A stretch of 64,000 nt of DNA, taken from assembly GCA_963804995.1 (NCBI GenBank), contig CAWDSK010000006.1, positions 320,001 through 384,000 on the forward strand, read 5' to 3'. The position numbers and the translations under genes are program-made. Position 1 is the stretch's first letter; every line of letters starts with the position of its first letter. Shown piece after piece: positions 1 through 10,411 of this stretch. The DNA comes from an uncultured Acidobacteriota bacterium (GTDB taxonomy: Bacteria; Acidobacteriota; Terriglobia; UBA7540). The notes under the pieces are model-generated. The model did no database searches, had not been told where the DNA came from, and saw only the letters and a list, made by a program, of their open reading frames with translations.

Positions 1-306
1 GTGGGGCTCATAAACCCTTGGATCATTCGGGCGTTGCCAAGATATTCGTTTCTGTGTAGCTGGCCTGTGCCGCATTCCCCGATTCCTCCGGAAAATTGTG
101 TTGACACCCTTGAATCGGGAAGGCGGCGCCTCATTTGTCGGCCAAGCGCACCCTGCGAGTTTCGTAGTGAAGGCAACGATCCCTGACCACACGAACGCAG
201 CCCAGGCGCGCTTCCCCTCCCCAATGCCCATTACCCAGTGGAACCCACTTGGGGATTTTCCAAGCCCACCACAGTCTCCCGCGAGCCAGCGTAAGTAAGG
301 ATTCCT

Positions 307-786
307 ATGCCTGATCCCCCTGCGCGCGTGAAGTTCAATCCGAACGTCAACCCTCTGTTCAATCCCAACATCAATCCGAAGGCAAACGCCTCGCTCAATC
401 CTTTATTTAACCCTTGGATTAACCCACTGCGAAACACTCGCATCAGCCCGAAATCTAATCGTTCCTTGGATCCGCTCATCACAACCTCACTCAATCCCAC
501 AGCCAACTCTTTGCTCGACCCTAAGCAAACTTCAACTTATTCCGGGTTACGTCGTTGGTCACCCGATTCGGAATTAATCGGTTATATCGTGAACACGCAA
601 AATAAGGCGGTGCTCCTGCTGTTTGATCAAAATCTTGAGTGGAAAGCCTTCGCGGTTGACAACCAGCGGCAGGGATTCAATATTTTCGACCTGGCCGGAG
701 AGTGGCAAGGCTATCTTCTGAAAAACGCTGCAGGTGGCCTGAACGAATTCAACCTGGAGGGTGATTGGGTGGCGTTCATCATGTAA
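307..786 (+). CDS. Hypothetical protein: N-terminal 8-residue Asn-Pro repeats plus a small beta-rich C-terminal domain
   Basis: 159 aa ORF with about 8 octamer repeats (FNPNVNPL/FNPNINPK/ANASLNPL/FNPWINPL...), then repeated 'FD..GEW.(G/A)(Y/F)' strands; AAGGA upstream of the ATG. Confidence 0.7.
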   Translation: MPDPPARVKFNPNVNPLFNPNINPKANASLNPLFNPWINPLRNTRISPKSNRSLDPLITTSLNPTANSLLDPKQTSTYSGLRRWSPDSELIGYIVNTQNKAVLLLFDQNLEWKAFAVDNQRQGFNIFDLAGEWQGYLLKNAAGGLNEFNLEGDWVAFIM

Positions 787-823
787 CCACTACTCATTAC
801 GTTGGTACAGTTTGAATTTCTTG

Positions 824-2846
824 CTAGCCTGCCTTTCGCACTTCCACCCGCTACCGGGCTGATTTTGGCAGCTTGCGGTGCACAAGGTCTTTGCCTTCAA
901 TGGGCGCGGGTTGAAGAGTGCTTGTAGGCCCGACCTACCCTCTTTTCTGGGGCGCGAAGGTCTGGCATTCTGGGGCGTGCACCTGAAGATTCATCGACGC
1001 AAAAAGGACGGCAAGGAACATCGTTATTTCAGCATCGTCGAGAGTCGGCGCGTGTCGCGCTCGAAGGTCGTGCATCGGACGGTGCTGTATCTGGGCGAAA
1101 TCAACGACAGCCAACAATCCGCGTGGCGCAAGACGCTGGAGGTTTTTGACGAGGACCGTCGCGTCCTCGCGTCCCTGAGCCTCTTCCCGGAGGACCGCGA
1201 ACTTCCTGCGGATGCTGTGGACGGCGTACAAGTGAAGTTGAGTGAAATGCGCGTTGAGCGGCCGCGCACCTTCGGTGGCTGTTGGTTGGGCTGCGAGCTG
1301 TGGCGCCAGTTGAAGCTGGACGAGTTCTGGCAGGCGAGGTTGCCGGAAGGGCGCGAGGGAGTTCCGTGGGAGAAGGTGCTACGGCTGCTGGTGGTGAACC
1401 GGTTGATCGAGCCGGGCAGCGAATTCCGTGTGCATCGGCACTGGTTCGATCAGACCGCCATGGCCGAGTTGCTGGCAGTGAACTTCGCGGTGGCCGAGAA
1501 GGACCGGCTCTATCGTTGTCTGGATCGAATACTGGCGCACAAGGCGGAGTTGTTCCAGCACCTGCGGCTGCGGTGGCAAGACCTCTTTGCGGCGCGCTTT
1601 GATCTGCTCCTCTACGATCTCACCAGCACCTATGTGGAAGGAGAGGCGGAAGCGATTCCCAAAGCCCGCCACGGTTACAGCCGGGACGGGCGGTTCGACT
1701 GTCGGCAGGTGGTGATCGCCCTGGTGCTGACGCCGGAAGGTTTCCCGCTGGCCTACGAAGTGATGGAGGGGAATACTTCCGACCGGAACAGCTTGCGCGG
1801 TTTTCTGGACAAGATCGAGAGCGTGTACGGCAAGGCACGGCGGGTGTGGATGATGGATCGGGGAGTTCCCAGTGAAGAACTGCTGGCGGAGATGCGCACC
1901 CCGGGGCGGGAGATGTTTTACCTGGTGGGGACGCCACGGGGCAAGATCCGGCAGTACGAAGCGAAGTGGACGGAACTGCCGTGGCGGAAGGTGCGCGAGT
2001 CGGTAGAGGTGAAACTGTTCGCGGAGGAAGGCGAGTTGTATGTGCTGGCGAAGAGCGCAGGCCGCCAGGCGAAAGAGATGGCCATCCGTCGACGCAAGCT
2101 GGCACGGCTGTTGTGGAGGCTGCGGGCCTTGCGGCGCGTGTGTCCGACGCGTGATGCGTTGCTGATGAAGATCGGAGCAGCCAAGAGTGAAGCCGGACGG
2201 GCCTTCGGTTTCGTGAAGATCAGCGTGCCCAAGGCCCAGGAAGAAGTGACTCGCCAGACCTTCCAGTTCCGGCTCGAGCGCAGCAAGTTGGAGGAAGCGG
2301 AGCGGCGCGATGGACATTATCTGTTGCGCACCAATCTGACGGGGGAAAATCCCGAGGTGTTGTGGGACCGCTACATGCAACTGGCGCAGATCGAAGCGGC
2401 CTTTAAGTGTTTGAAGAGTGAGCTGGGAATTCGGCCGATTTATCATCAAATAGAACATCGCGTCGAGGCCCACATCCTCATTGCCTTTCTGGCGTACGGC
2501 TTGTGGGTGACGCTGAAACAGCGTCTGCAGGCCCACGCTCCGGGCCTGACGCCGAAAGCGGTGCTGGAGAAGCTGGCGGGCATGCAGATGCTCGATGTGT
2601 CTTTCCCGACCACGGATGGGCGCCGATTAGTGATGCCCCGCTACACCGAGCCGACACCCGAACAAAAGCTCCTGTTGCACGAACTGCAGCTCGTGCTCCC
2701 CACTCAGCCACCGCCCAGGATCACGGTCCAGCCGGAAATCTTTCCTGCTGGAATGCTGCGTTTGTAGGCCAGACCTTGGCAATGCCTGTACTGAAAAGAA
2801 GCGAGTTAACCCAACTCAACACCCTGAAGTGCGAAAGTTCGGCTAG
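824..2846 (+). mobile_element. IS1634-family insertion sequence, apparently complete
   Basis: Terminal inverted repeats: 824-844 CTAGCCTGCCTTTCGCACTTC versus the reverse complement of 2826-2846, CTAGCCGAACTTTCGCACTTC (18/21). CTAG at both ends is a probable target duplication. Encloses one transposase ORF. Confidence 0.88.
977..2767 (+). CDS. IS1634-family DDE transposase
   Basis: Motifs 'KDGKEHRYFSIVESRR', 'YDLTSTYVEG', 'MDRG', 'IEAAFKCLK...IRPIYHQ...RVEAHI'; start placed at GTG 977 within ORF 878..2767. Confidence 0.92.
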   Translation: MHLKIHRRKKDGKEHRYFSIVESRRVSRSKVVHRTVLYLGEINDSQQSAWRKTLEVFDEDRRVLASLSLFPEDRELPADAVDGVQVKLSEMRVERPRTFGGCWLGCELWRQLKLDEFWQARLPEGREGVPWEKVLRLLVVNRLIEPGSEFRVHRHWFDQTAMAELLAVNFAVAEKDRLYRCLDRILAHKAELFQHLRLRWQDLFAARFDLLLYDLTSTYVEGEAEAIPKARHGYSRDGRFDCRQVVIALVLTPEGFPLAYEVMEGNTSDRNSLRGFLDKIESVYGKARRVWMMDRGVPSEELLAEMRTPGREMFYLVGTPRGKIRQYEAKWTELPWRKVRESVEVKLFAEEGELYVLAKSAGRQAKEMAIRRRKLARLLWRLRALRRVCPTRDALLMKIGAAKSEAGRAFGFVKISVPKAQEEVTRQTFQFRLERSKLEEAERRDGHYLLRTNLTGENPEVLWDRYMQLAQIEAAFKCLKSELGIRPIYHQIEHRVEAHILIAFLAYGLWVTLKQRLQAHAPGLTPKAVLEKLAGMQMLDVSFPTTDGRRLVMPRYTEPTPEQKLLLHELQLVLPTQPPPRITVQPEIFPAGMLRL

Positions 2847-2990
2847 CGGGTCAGCTTCAGGTAAGACTTTTCAGGCTGAATCCTGAACTGGGATTGCAAC
2901 TGTAACGCTAGCGGGGACATGGACCGAATCGAGCTGAAGCGGCGGGGTGTTGCCGAACGCAGACATCACCAAAGCGTGTTTCCGCCCCTT

Positions 2991-4205
2991 GGGGAATCAG
3001 GAGTTTTCGGGTATCCCGATTTCGTATCCCCAAACGGGGTAGGTTATGCATCGCGATGGTTTGTCCGGATCGTAGAGAACCGTCAGAACTCCCCCCGTCG
3101 CGTTGCTTCGGGACACACTCGTGAGATCCGTTTCTACCAGGTTTCCTGCGGCGTCCCGATATTGAAGAGTCCAAATCGTGCCACCCTTATCACCACCTCT
3201 ACATCCGGTGACCACTGCGCAGGCTGGCTTACCCCACCTGAGTAACTTCTGTTGCAACCTCCGCCTGGAGTAACCAACCAAAACGATTAGCCCGGCGACG
3301 CCCCAAAAGATTACGCTTGGCCAAAGCATCCACCCTTGCCAATAGGGAGCATGCAAGTAATTAAGGAACGCGTGAAAAACCACGGGGGGAGAGTTTGGCC
3401 GCCCCCCGTGCAAAAAAACGAACCCAGGTACATATATGAGGTACATCATGATCATAAGCAAGAGAACCATCCGAAGGCTGCGCAACAGGCGAATGCCGAG
3501 GTGCGTCCTCCTGACTGGCCGAGGCGTGGGAAGATTGAGTTCCGGCCGGAGGCTCCATCCCTCCTCCGCCTTGCGCTGCTCAGCTTCACGCTGATGCGCG
3601 ACCTCATCGGGACTGAGTACCCTTATGCTGCCGCGCCGTTTGGCACGACGTACCAGAAGCCAGATGATTAAACCCGGTACACCGATGAATACCACCGCGA
3701 TTAAGAAGTCGAGCTCAATCGTCAGGCTTATGGGCATGGATTTTTCTCCAATCCGCTCGAGTCGAAGCGCACAGCGGCCCCCTCACTTGGCTCCCGGCTT
3801 GGGCGAGGATTCCAGTTATGGCGCATTGTGCCGGGTGTACCTTCGAAGTTGGAATTTTTGCCCCTTCAGGCGGTTCCTAGTGTGTGTCCGCTTGTCTCCC
3901 AGCGAAACCCTCAGTTTTCTGTTTCGCGCATGGATTGTCCCCGTGGCTTCTAAATGCCGTTCCAGGGGTCTTGAAACCACCCTCTCATAGCTCGGCTCCT
4001 CCCGGGCTGCAAGGATGGCTTGTATGCCTGGGAGCGGGTAGTGGATAGCTACGGCAGTGCAGTCATGACCATGGGCTTTTTTCATGCCCGATACCCCAGC
4101 GGCAGCCGCACGTAGTCAATCTGGATGGGGCACGCCGTCACCGTTGCCATGCGCAAAGTGAAATTGTGGTAACCCGACCACTGCCCATTTTCGGGTTGCT
4201 TCACC
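2991..4205. repeat. Copy A of a diverged ~1.2 kb duplication (gene plus ~400 bp upstream leader)
   Basis: Collinear similarity with 7223-8485, e.g. ggggaatcaggagttttcg, cggttcctagtgt, cgaccactgcccattttc. Confidence 0.85.
2997..3737 (-). CDS. Three-TM membrane protein with a C-terminal DUF3592-like OB domain (paralog A)
   Basis: Hydrophobic segments; C-terminal 'LLRWGKPA.AVVT...VLTVLYDPDKPSR' shared with 7229..8035. Confidence 0.7.
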   Translation of the reverse strand: MPISLTIELDFLIAVVFIGVPGLIIWLLVRRAKRRGSIRVLSPDEVAHQREAEQRKAEEGWSLRPELNLPTPRPVRRTHLGIRLLRSLRMVLLLMIMMYLIYVPGFVFLHGGRPNSPPVVFHAFLNYLHAPYWQGWMLWPSVIFWGVAGLIVLVGYSRRRLQQKLLRWGKPACAVVTGCRGGDKGGTIWTLQYRDAAGNLVETDLTSVSRSNATGGVLTVLYDPDKPSRCITYPVWGYEIGIPENS

Positions 4206-4269
4206 CGGCCTTTCAGCACAGGATTCATATGAAGCCATTCCATGTATGCCCTCAACATCAAGGGGAAAA

Positions 4270-5031
4270 CTAAAACAGCCAGCCGAGCTTCGCCAGAAAG
4301 ACTACCAGAATCACACTGGAGACCGCGGCGCCAAGGAACATCTGTCCCAGGGCGCGCCTCCGTAAGGTGGACTCCTCCTCCTTCCCGGTCTTCGAGGTGA
4401 TGATGAATGTCGGCTCGTTTTGCCCCTTGGTGATGAAGTTGCGATCATACTCCTCTTTCGGAGAGGGGTTTTGCGTGCAGGTCCCGACGATGTCATACCA
4501 ATGGCCGGGAAGAATCAGGTACTCTGTGAGCCGGAAATAGCCTAAAGGAAGGCCTCCCGCGCCGAGCATGAGCGGCAGCTCGCCCGGGTGCGGCGCGTGG
4601 ACGCTCCCGATATAGGCCAGTAGGCTTGTGGCCGGTTCGGAGCCTGTGGAAGAGAAGCGTTTGCCTAATTCCCGCTGCGCACTTTGCACCAAGTCGTACT
4701 CGGCGTTGTGGGCGTCCACCGGCGCTTTGCCGGTGTCATCATCCAAATAGAACAGTGGGCCGTCGGCATCCGTGGCGTAGTGTCGCCAGCTTCTGTCATT
4801 CATTGTTTCGATGTCCACCCAGTAGAAATAACAGGGCGTTTTCGAGACCGGCCCGTTCACGAGCTGGTCGCCCGAGGCTTTGCCGTGGATTCGCACCAAG
4901 CCCATGGGGAGGCTACGGATGGGGATGGTGGGAGTGTCTTTGAGGATTTCGATTTTTCGGAAGATTTTGAGTCCCAAGAAAAACGTATAGAGGCCCACGC
5001 AAAAGAAGAAGAAAAGAAGAAGGACTACCAT
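4270..5031 (-). CDS. GIDE-domain-like membrane protein
   Basis: TM helices at both ends; 'DTPT.PIRS..MGLV.IHGKA', 'FYLDDDTG', 'EY.ILPG' pattern typical of bacterial GIDE proteins. Confidence 0.72.
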   Translation of the reverse strand: MVVLLLFFFFCVGLYTFFLGLKIFRKIEILKDTPTIPIRSLPMGLVRIHGKASGDQLVNGPVSKTPCYFYWVDIETMNDRSWRHYATDADGPLFYLDDDTGKAPVDAHNAEYDLVQSAQRELGKRFSSTGSEPATSLLAYIGSVHAPHPGELPLMLGAGGLPLGYFRLTEYLILPGHWYDIVGTCTQNPSPKEEYDRNFITKGQNEPTFIITSKTGKEEESTLRRRALGQMFLGAAVSSVILVVFLAKLGWLF

Positions 5032-5118
5032 TCGCCACCCCTCACGCTACCGAGGTGACGATTGTAACACTCTTCAGGTGGCGAGGCTGGGCCACCCTCA
5101 GGATCTCCCGCCGGGGGG

Positions 5119-7147
5119 TTATCGGGCATCGTCCAAGGTCCAGCGAGGCACTTTCGTGCCGTTGAACCCGAGCATATCTTTACCGGTGAGAAGATAAGTT
5201 GCATAGGCGACTTCGTTACGAGTCGGGACCTGGCCGGTGTTGGCGTTGTGACAGAACATATACTTGAAGGCGTTGCCCAAGTCCCCGCCGCCCCACACTT
5301 CGTTGTAACACTTGGCGACATTGTCGGCTCCAATGCGCCGGTCGTGACTCCAGCGTTCCGCGAACAGCAGCCCCCAGATCTGGCCGGGATTCATCTGGAG
5401 TGCTCCCGCCCAACCGGCCTTGCTGTAATCAACTTCGGTCCGTCCCAGCCGTAGGCGCGAAGATTCTGGATGAGGTCCGAGGTGTCTCTGGCCGGACCGG
5501 AAAAGAGTCCGACGGCGCCATCCAGAACCTTGTCCTCTTTGTAAATCATCGTCCGCGTCTTAGCCACGCGAAACATGTTGTAGTAAGACTCCTCGGTGGA
5601 ATGCGTGGGCCGGGAAAGCGATTCCAGCAGGTACTTGGGGAGAGCGAGGGCCAGGTTGGGCGCGACCTCGTAGTTCCAGCCGAAAAATGCGCGAGCTTGC
5701 AGGGCCTGGGCAAGAGCGGGGCTCTCGGCAGAATCGCAGTCATTCATCAACGCCAGGCTGCGGTGCAAGTTGAGCCCTCGCTTCTGCACCATCCAGTTCC
5801 AAAAATCCGGGGCGACAGCAATATAGCCTCGCACGATCTGAGGGTTGCCGTTGACGTTGACCACGATGAGATGGAGGGTTTGGGATTTCGTGGCTGACCC
5901 CGAAGGCGGAGAATTATAGGTGATCAGATCACTGAGACCGCCGCTCTTCAGTTGATTCAGATAGCCGTCGTACCATGAGCTCAAGACCGTATGGACAAGT
6001 CGGCTGCCCGGAATGGCTGCCGAATGCTCGTAGGTGAGCAAGTCATCGACCGGAACTCCGTGTCCTTCCCAGTCGAAAATTCCGGGATTTTGCAGGCTCG
6101 AGAGTTTGGTGACGATGCCTTGAACAGTGGCTTGCTGGTTCACCAAGGTCGTAATGCTGCTGAAGTTCTCTTTGGAAAGATAATCTTCCTCAGCGCGGAT
6201 ATCGTCAAGGGTGTTGACGTAACCCGTCTGCGCCGCGGGATCCTGATAGCCGTCGGTGGTTGAGCCCGCCGGTGGCATGGTGAAGGGAGCAATAATCAGG
6301 GCCGTCTTGGAGGGAGGATCGCTCGACGGATCGCCCGGGCTTTGGGGATCCAGATGGACGCACGGGTCATTGGTAAGGGTGGCGGTGTGGAGGGCCGGAT
6401 CGGTACCCACAGGATCTACATACCCCAGATAAATCCACTCGTCGGGGCCCTGGCAATACTGAATGCGAATCACCCCTCCCGCTTCGGCGTCGACTTGTTT
6501 GACCTCGTTGGGGTCGCCGCTTTGGCAGGGAGCACTCGCCTCGGCAACCGGAAAGACCGCCGCGTAAAGCTGGGAAGCCCGACCCAGAAGATTCCAGCCG
6601 CCCTTGGCCCCGAAGCCTCTACCTGCACCCGGGACTGGGCATACGCGAGGGCGCGCTTGACGGCTTCCGTCGCCGATATTCCCAGAGCATCATCAGCGCG
6701 GGCGGCTCGATAAACGGCAAAGATACCGCTTTCAAGAGGAAACGAACTCTTCTGCCAATAGGACTGGCCCGGCCCGCTGGAAAGAACTTGGAAAGGCATC
6801 GTGACTTGCTCGTCGGTAAGGCGTAGCGCGAAGCGGGCATCGACTTTAAAATCCGCGGCACCAAAAGTCAGCGACATTTCACCGTTGGCATACGACCACC
6901 GCCCGTGGTAAGCGAGCGCGTGTTTGGCGCTCATCGCGTAAAGATACGCTTCGTCGCCCGGATTGAACCCCAACAAAATTGTCGAAGTCGGATCGGGATG
7001 AGTTCCACTGGAATCACGGACGAATTGATAGGCCACCTGGATCGGTGAAGTTGTGCTGGCCGCGTAGGTTTGCAGAGCGCCGACTAGGCTCGCCAGCAGA
7101 GCCATGAACAAGATTTGCCCGGCGCGCCGTGCCGTCTTACCAGACAT
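5119..7147 (-). pseudogene. Large secreted protein split by frameshifts, with a putative clan-CD (gingipain/caspase-like) peptidase domain
   Basis: Three consecutive overlapping ORFs (6470..7204, 5391..6473, 5119..5394) whose tails become non-protein-like. Signal peptide from ATG 7147. Motifs 'FDWEGHG', 'LMNDC', 'AFFGW'. Confidence 0.55.
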
Positions 7148-7222
7148 GCGCCCTCCGGTTTGATCACCCGTGTCGAACGGGGGTCCTGATTTGTGAGCTT
7201 TCACGCCACCCTCCCATGGTTC

Positions 7223-8485
7223 GGGGAATCAGGAGTTTTCGCGTATCCCGATCTCATATCCAGCAACGGGGTAGGTTGTGAATCGCGATGGCTTGTCCGG
7301 ATCGTAGAGAACCGTCAGAACTTGGTTTTGAGACAATTTGCGGTCCACATACCCTCTTACGAGGTTGCTGGCGTCGTCCTGATATTCGAGCTTGGATCTT
7401 GTACTGCCGGAAGATTTCGGGCCCCCCGGGCTATGCAAAACGTCGGTGACCACTGCGCGGGCTGGCTTACCCCACCGGAGTAACTTCTGTTCCTTCCGCC
7501 GCCGGAAGTGTCCAGGCAAGGCGCTCAACCCGGTGAGCCCCCAAAAGATTACGCTAGGCCAAAGCATCCACCGTTGCCACTGGGGAACTTGCAAGAAAGC
7601 TTGCAACATATCGAGGAACGCATCAAAAATATAAGAGGGGACACTCTGATCCCTCGCCACCGGCGTCACGTGCGTCGAAAGAAACCCGATGGTATAGATA
7701 AAGCTCGCAAGAACTATAAGGAACAAAATGCGCGGAAGGCTCCGCAACAGGCGAGCACCCAGCGGTGCGCCCCTCACGTGCCGAGGCGTGGGAAGACTGA
7801 GTTCCGGGGGGAGGCTCCATTCCTCCGCGGCCTTGCGCACCCGCTCAGCGGCCAACTGCTCTTCGGCCTTGGTGAACTCCACAATGGGCAGACCGGACTT
7901 CAGCCACCGCCGCCTTGCTTGCAACAAACGCCGGAGGGCTAACCCCCCTGCGCCGAGGAATGCCGCCAAGAAAAAGACGACCATCAGGATCACGGATCCA
8001 GGAACGTTCGCCAGTCCGCTCCAGTGAAAGCTCATTGCGCCTCCCACAGCTTGGACACCAACCTGTGCGACAATTCCAGTTATTGCGTATCGTGCTGAGC
8101 GTGCCTTGAAAGTTGGAGTTGTTGACCCTTAACGCGGTTCCTAGTGTATATCCGTTTGTCTCCCGGCGAAACCCTCTGTTCTCTGCTTCGCGCCTGGATT
8201 GTCCCTATGGCTTCCAACCGCCGTCCCGAGGGTCCTGAAAACACGCTACCACAGCTTGGTTTCGGCCGGGCTCTGAAGATGACTTGTATGCCTGGGGGTG
8301 CGGATAGCTAGGAGAATGTGGAGAGCGGGTAGCCACGCAACGCCGTCCTGACCGTGGACTTTCTCATACCCGTTACCGTTGCGGCAACCGCACGTAGCCA
8401 ACCTGAGTTGGGCCACGCCACCGTCGCCTTCTCCCAACCGAAAAGGTTGTCATTCGACCACTGCCCATTTTCCGGCTGCTTGACC
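7223..8485. repeat. Copy B of the diverged ~1.2 kb duplication
   Basis: Collinear with 2991-4205. Confidence 0.85.
7229..8035 (-). CDS. Three-TM membrane protein with a C-terminal DUF3592-like domain (paralog B)
   Basis: Paralog of 2997..3737 (shared 'WSL.PEL.LPTPR', 'WMLWPSVIFWG', 'YEIGI.ENS'); GGAGG before ATG 8035. Confidence 0.7.
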   Translation of the reverse strand: MSFHWSGLANVPGSVILMVVFFLAAFLGAGGLALRRLLQARRRWLKSGLPIVEFTKAEEQLAAERVRKAAEEWSLPPELSLPTPRHVRGAPLGARLLRSLPRILFLIVLASFIYTIGFLSTHVTPVARDQSVPSYIFDAFLDMLQAFLQVPQWQRWMLWPSVIFWGLTGLSALPGHFRRRKEQKLLRWGKPARAVVTDVLHSPGGPKSSGSTRSKLEYQDDASNLVRGYVDRKLSQNQVLTVLYDPDKPSRFTTYPVAGYEIGIRENS

Positions 8486-8640
8486 GATTTGGAACGCCCA
8501 TTTTGGAAATTGGCCAAACTGAACCACCACCCTACCCATTCAGGGCTTGGACGCAGGAAGCAATGAGCGTACAATTTCCCTGGTCATTCAAATCCTAGCG
8601 TGTGAGACAATTTCAAATTGCCGAGGTGAGGAGCCTCCCC

Positions 8641-10203
8641 ATGCCAGACCGTCACTCCTTTGGTGAGATTCATCTCGACGTGACCGCAGGCTGTGAGCGG
8701 GTCGAAGCAAAGCCTGGGTCGGAAACCCCCTTCCGAGTCGCCATTCTAGGAGATTTCAGTGGTCGTGGAAATCGCCAGCTCATCGAAATCGGTGAGGCTC
8801 TGGCGAATCGACGGCCCACGGTGATTGACCGTGACAATTACGATTCCGTTTTGGCGAAGATGGCGCCCCATTTGGAACTCCTCATGGGTGGAAATGATGG
8901 CTATCCCATTACCCTGAAGTTCAGTGATTTGGAGGAGTTTCATCCCGACAGTCTCTTCCGGCAGGTGCAATTGTTTCAGAAGCTGCGTGACACCCGTGAA
9001 AAACTCAGCGACCCGGAGACTTTCGCTGAGACCGCGCGCGAACTCGGCATAAGAGGAACCCCGCCACGGGTAGCTACGCCTGCCCCGGTGGTGCCTCCCA
9101 GGGATTCGAGTGCAGATATACAGCAAGCCGTCTCCGGAAACCTCCTGGACCAAATGCTGGAGGAGACGGAAAAGAAAGCGGACCACCCGCATCCTTCCCG
9201 CGTCCCCGACCCATGGACCGCCCTAGTCCGCAGAATTATTGCTCCGCACATTATCCCCAAGGCTGATCCCCGGCAGGCTGAGGCGCTGGGGTTGCTCGAC
9301 CTGGCGACGAGCGCACAAATGAGTGCCCTTCTTCACCTGCCCGCCTTCCAGGCTATGGAGTCCGCATGGCGCGCCGTCTTCTTCCTGGTTCGTAACCTGG
9401 AAACAAGTTCCCGGCTCAAAGTGCTGTTGATCGATGTGAGCAAGGAGGAACTGGGTCGCGATCTCGCTTCCTCACCGGACCTCAGTTCCACGGGGACTTA
9501 CAGGCTGCTGGTGGAGAAGACGGTAGGGACTCCCGGTGCTGACCCCTGGGCCATTCTGGCTGGGAACTACACCTTCGACTCTGAAGATGTTGAACTGCTC
9601 GGGCGCATGGCGAAGGTGGCCGCAGCGGCGGGCGCTCCGTTTATCGCCGGTGCAAGCCCTGGTCTACTAGGTTGTGATTCTGTTACCGACTTGCCCGATC
9701 GGCGCAAATGGACGAAGCAGCCCGCCCCGGAGACCGTTGCTGCCTGGACAGCGTTGAGGGGTCTGCCGGAAGCACGTTATCTTGGATTGACCTTGCCCCG
9801 CTTTCTGATTCGCTTGCCTTACGGAAAGGAAACTGAATCCACCGAACTTTTTGATTTCGAGGAAATCCCTGATCCCGCCGCCCATGACGATTATCTGTGG
9901 GCCAATCCGGCCTTTGCAGCGGTTTTGCTGCTGGCCCAGACCTTCACTGCGCAGGGGTGGGAACTCCGTCCTGGAACTCTCTCGGATATCTCGGGCCTGC
10001 CTATTCACATTTACACCCTGGAAGGTGAGTCAAGAACCAAGCCGTGTGCGGAAGTTCTGATGACCCAGACGGCGGCCGAGGAGATGCTGGAGAAAGGGTT
10101 CATGCCCTTGGCTTCTTTAAAGGACCAGCCGGTCATTCGCTTGGTCCGCTTCCAAGCACTCGCCGACCCACCCAGTGCGCTCGCGGGACGATGGAGCCTC
10201 TAG
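8641..10203 (+). CDS. T6SS sheath-like fusion: TssB-like N-terminus plus C-terminally truncated TssC-like domain
   Basis: 'PFRVAILGDFSG' and 'FSDLEEFHPD' resemble TssB 'PFVMGVLGDFTG' and 'FKSMEDFEPE'. 'LHLPAFQAMESAWR', 'LPRFLIRLPYG', 'YLWANPAF' resemble TssC. GAGGAG RBS. Confidence 0.85.
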   Translation: MPDRHSFGEIHLDVTAGCERVEAKPGSETPFRVAILGDFSGRGNRQLIEIGEALANRRPTVIDRDNYDSVLAKMAPHLELLMGGNDGYPITLKFSDLEEFHPDSLFRQVQLFQKLRDTREKLSDPETFAETARELGIRGTPPRVATPAPVVPPRDSSADIQQAVSGNLLDQMLEETEKKADHPHPSRVPDPWTALVRRIIAPHIIPKADPRQAEALGLLDLATSAQMSALLHLPAFQAMESAWRAVFFLVRNLETSSRLKVLLIDVSKEELGRDLASSPDLSSTGTYRLLVEKTVGTPGADPWAILAGNYTFDSEDVELLGRMAKVAAAAGAPFIAGASPGLLGCDSVTDLPDRRKWTKQPAPETVAAWTALRGLPEARYLGLTLPRFLIRLPYGKETESTELFDFEEIPDPAAHDDYLWANPAFAAVLLLAQTFTAQGWELRPGTLSDISGLPIHIYTLEGESRTKPCAEVLMTQTAAEEMLEKGFMPLASLKDQPVIRLVRFQALADPPSALAGRWSL

Positions 10204-10283
10204 GGTAGTAGGCAGTTGGCAGCAATTATATTTTGCGAGTCGCGGCGGGAAGGTGGATTAGCGGCGGCGGGTCGCAGGCGCCT

Positions 10284-10411
10284 TGGAGTGCGGTCGCAGC
10301 AGCTACCGCCTTTCGGGATGGCGTGTAAAATCGTCTCTCGATTCCAGGACCACGTCGCAATCCCATCGGGCACGGGTGCGAAGCTTTGGAGTGCGGCAGC
10401 TTGCTGGCGCT
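10284..10411. repeat. REP-like palindromic repeats
   Basis: Two TTGGAGTGCGG-headed hairpin units between convergent genes. Confidence 0.55.

Noticed and set aside
1..26. GGGGCTCATAAACCC resembling a tRNA-Met anticodon arm or a degenerate CRISPR repeat end
   Set aside because: No T-arm or CCA follows, there is no second copy, and it is cut by the window edge
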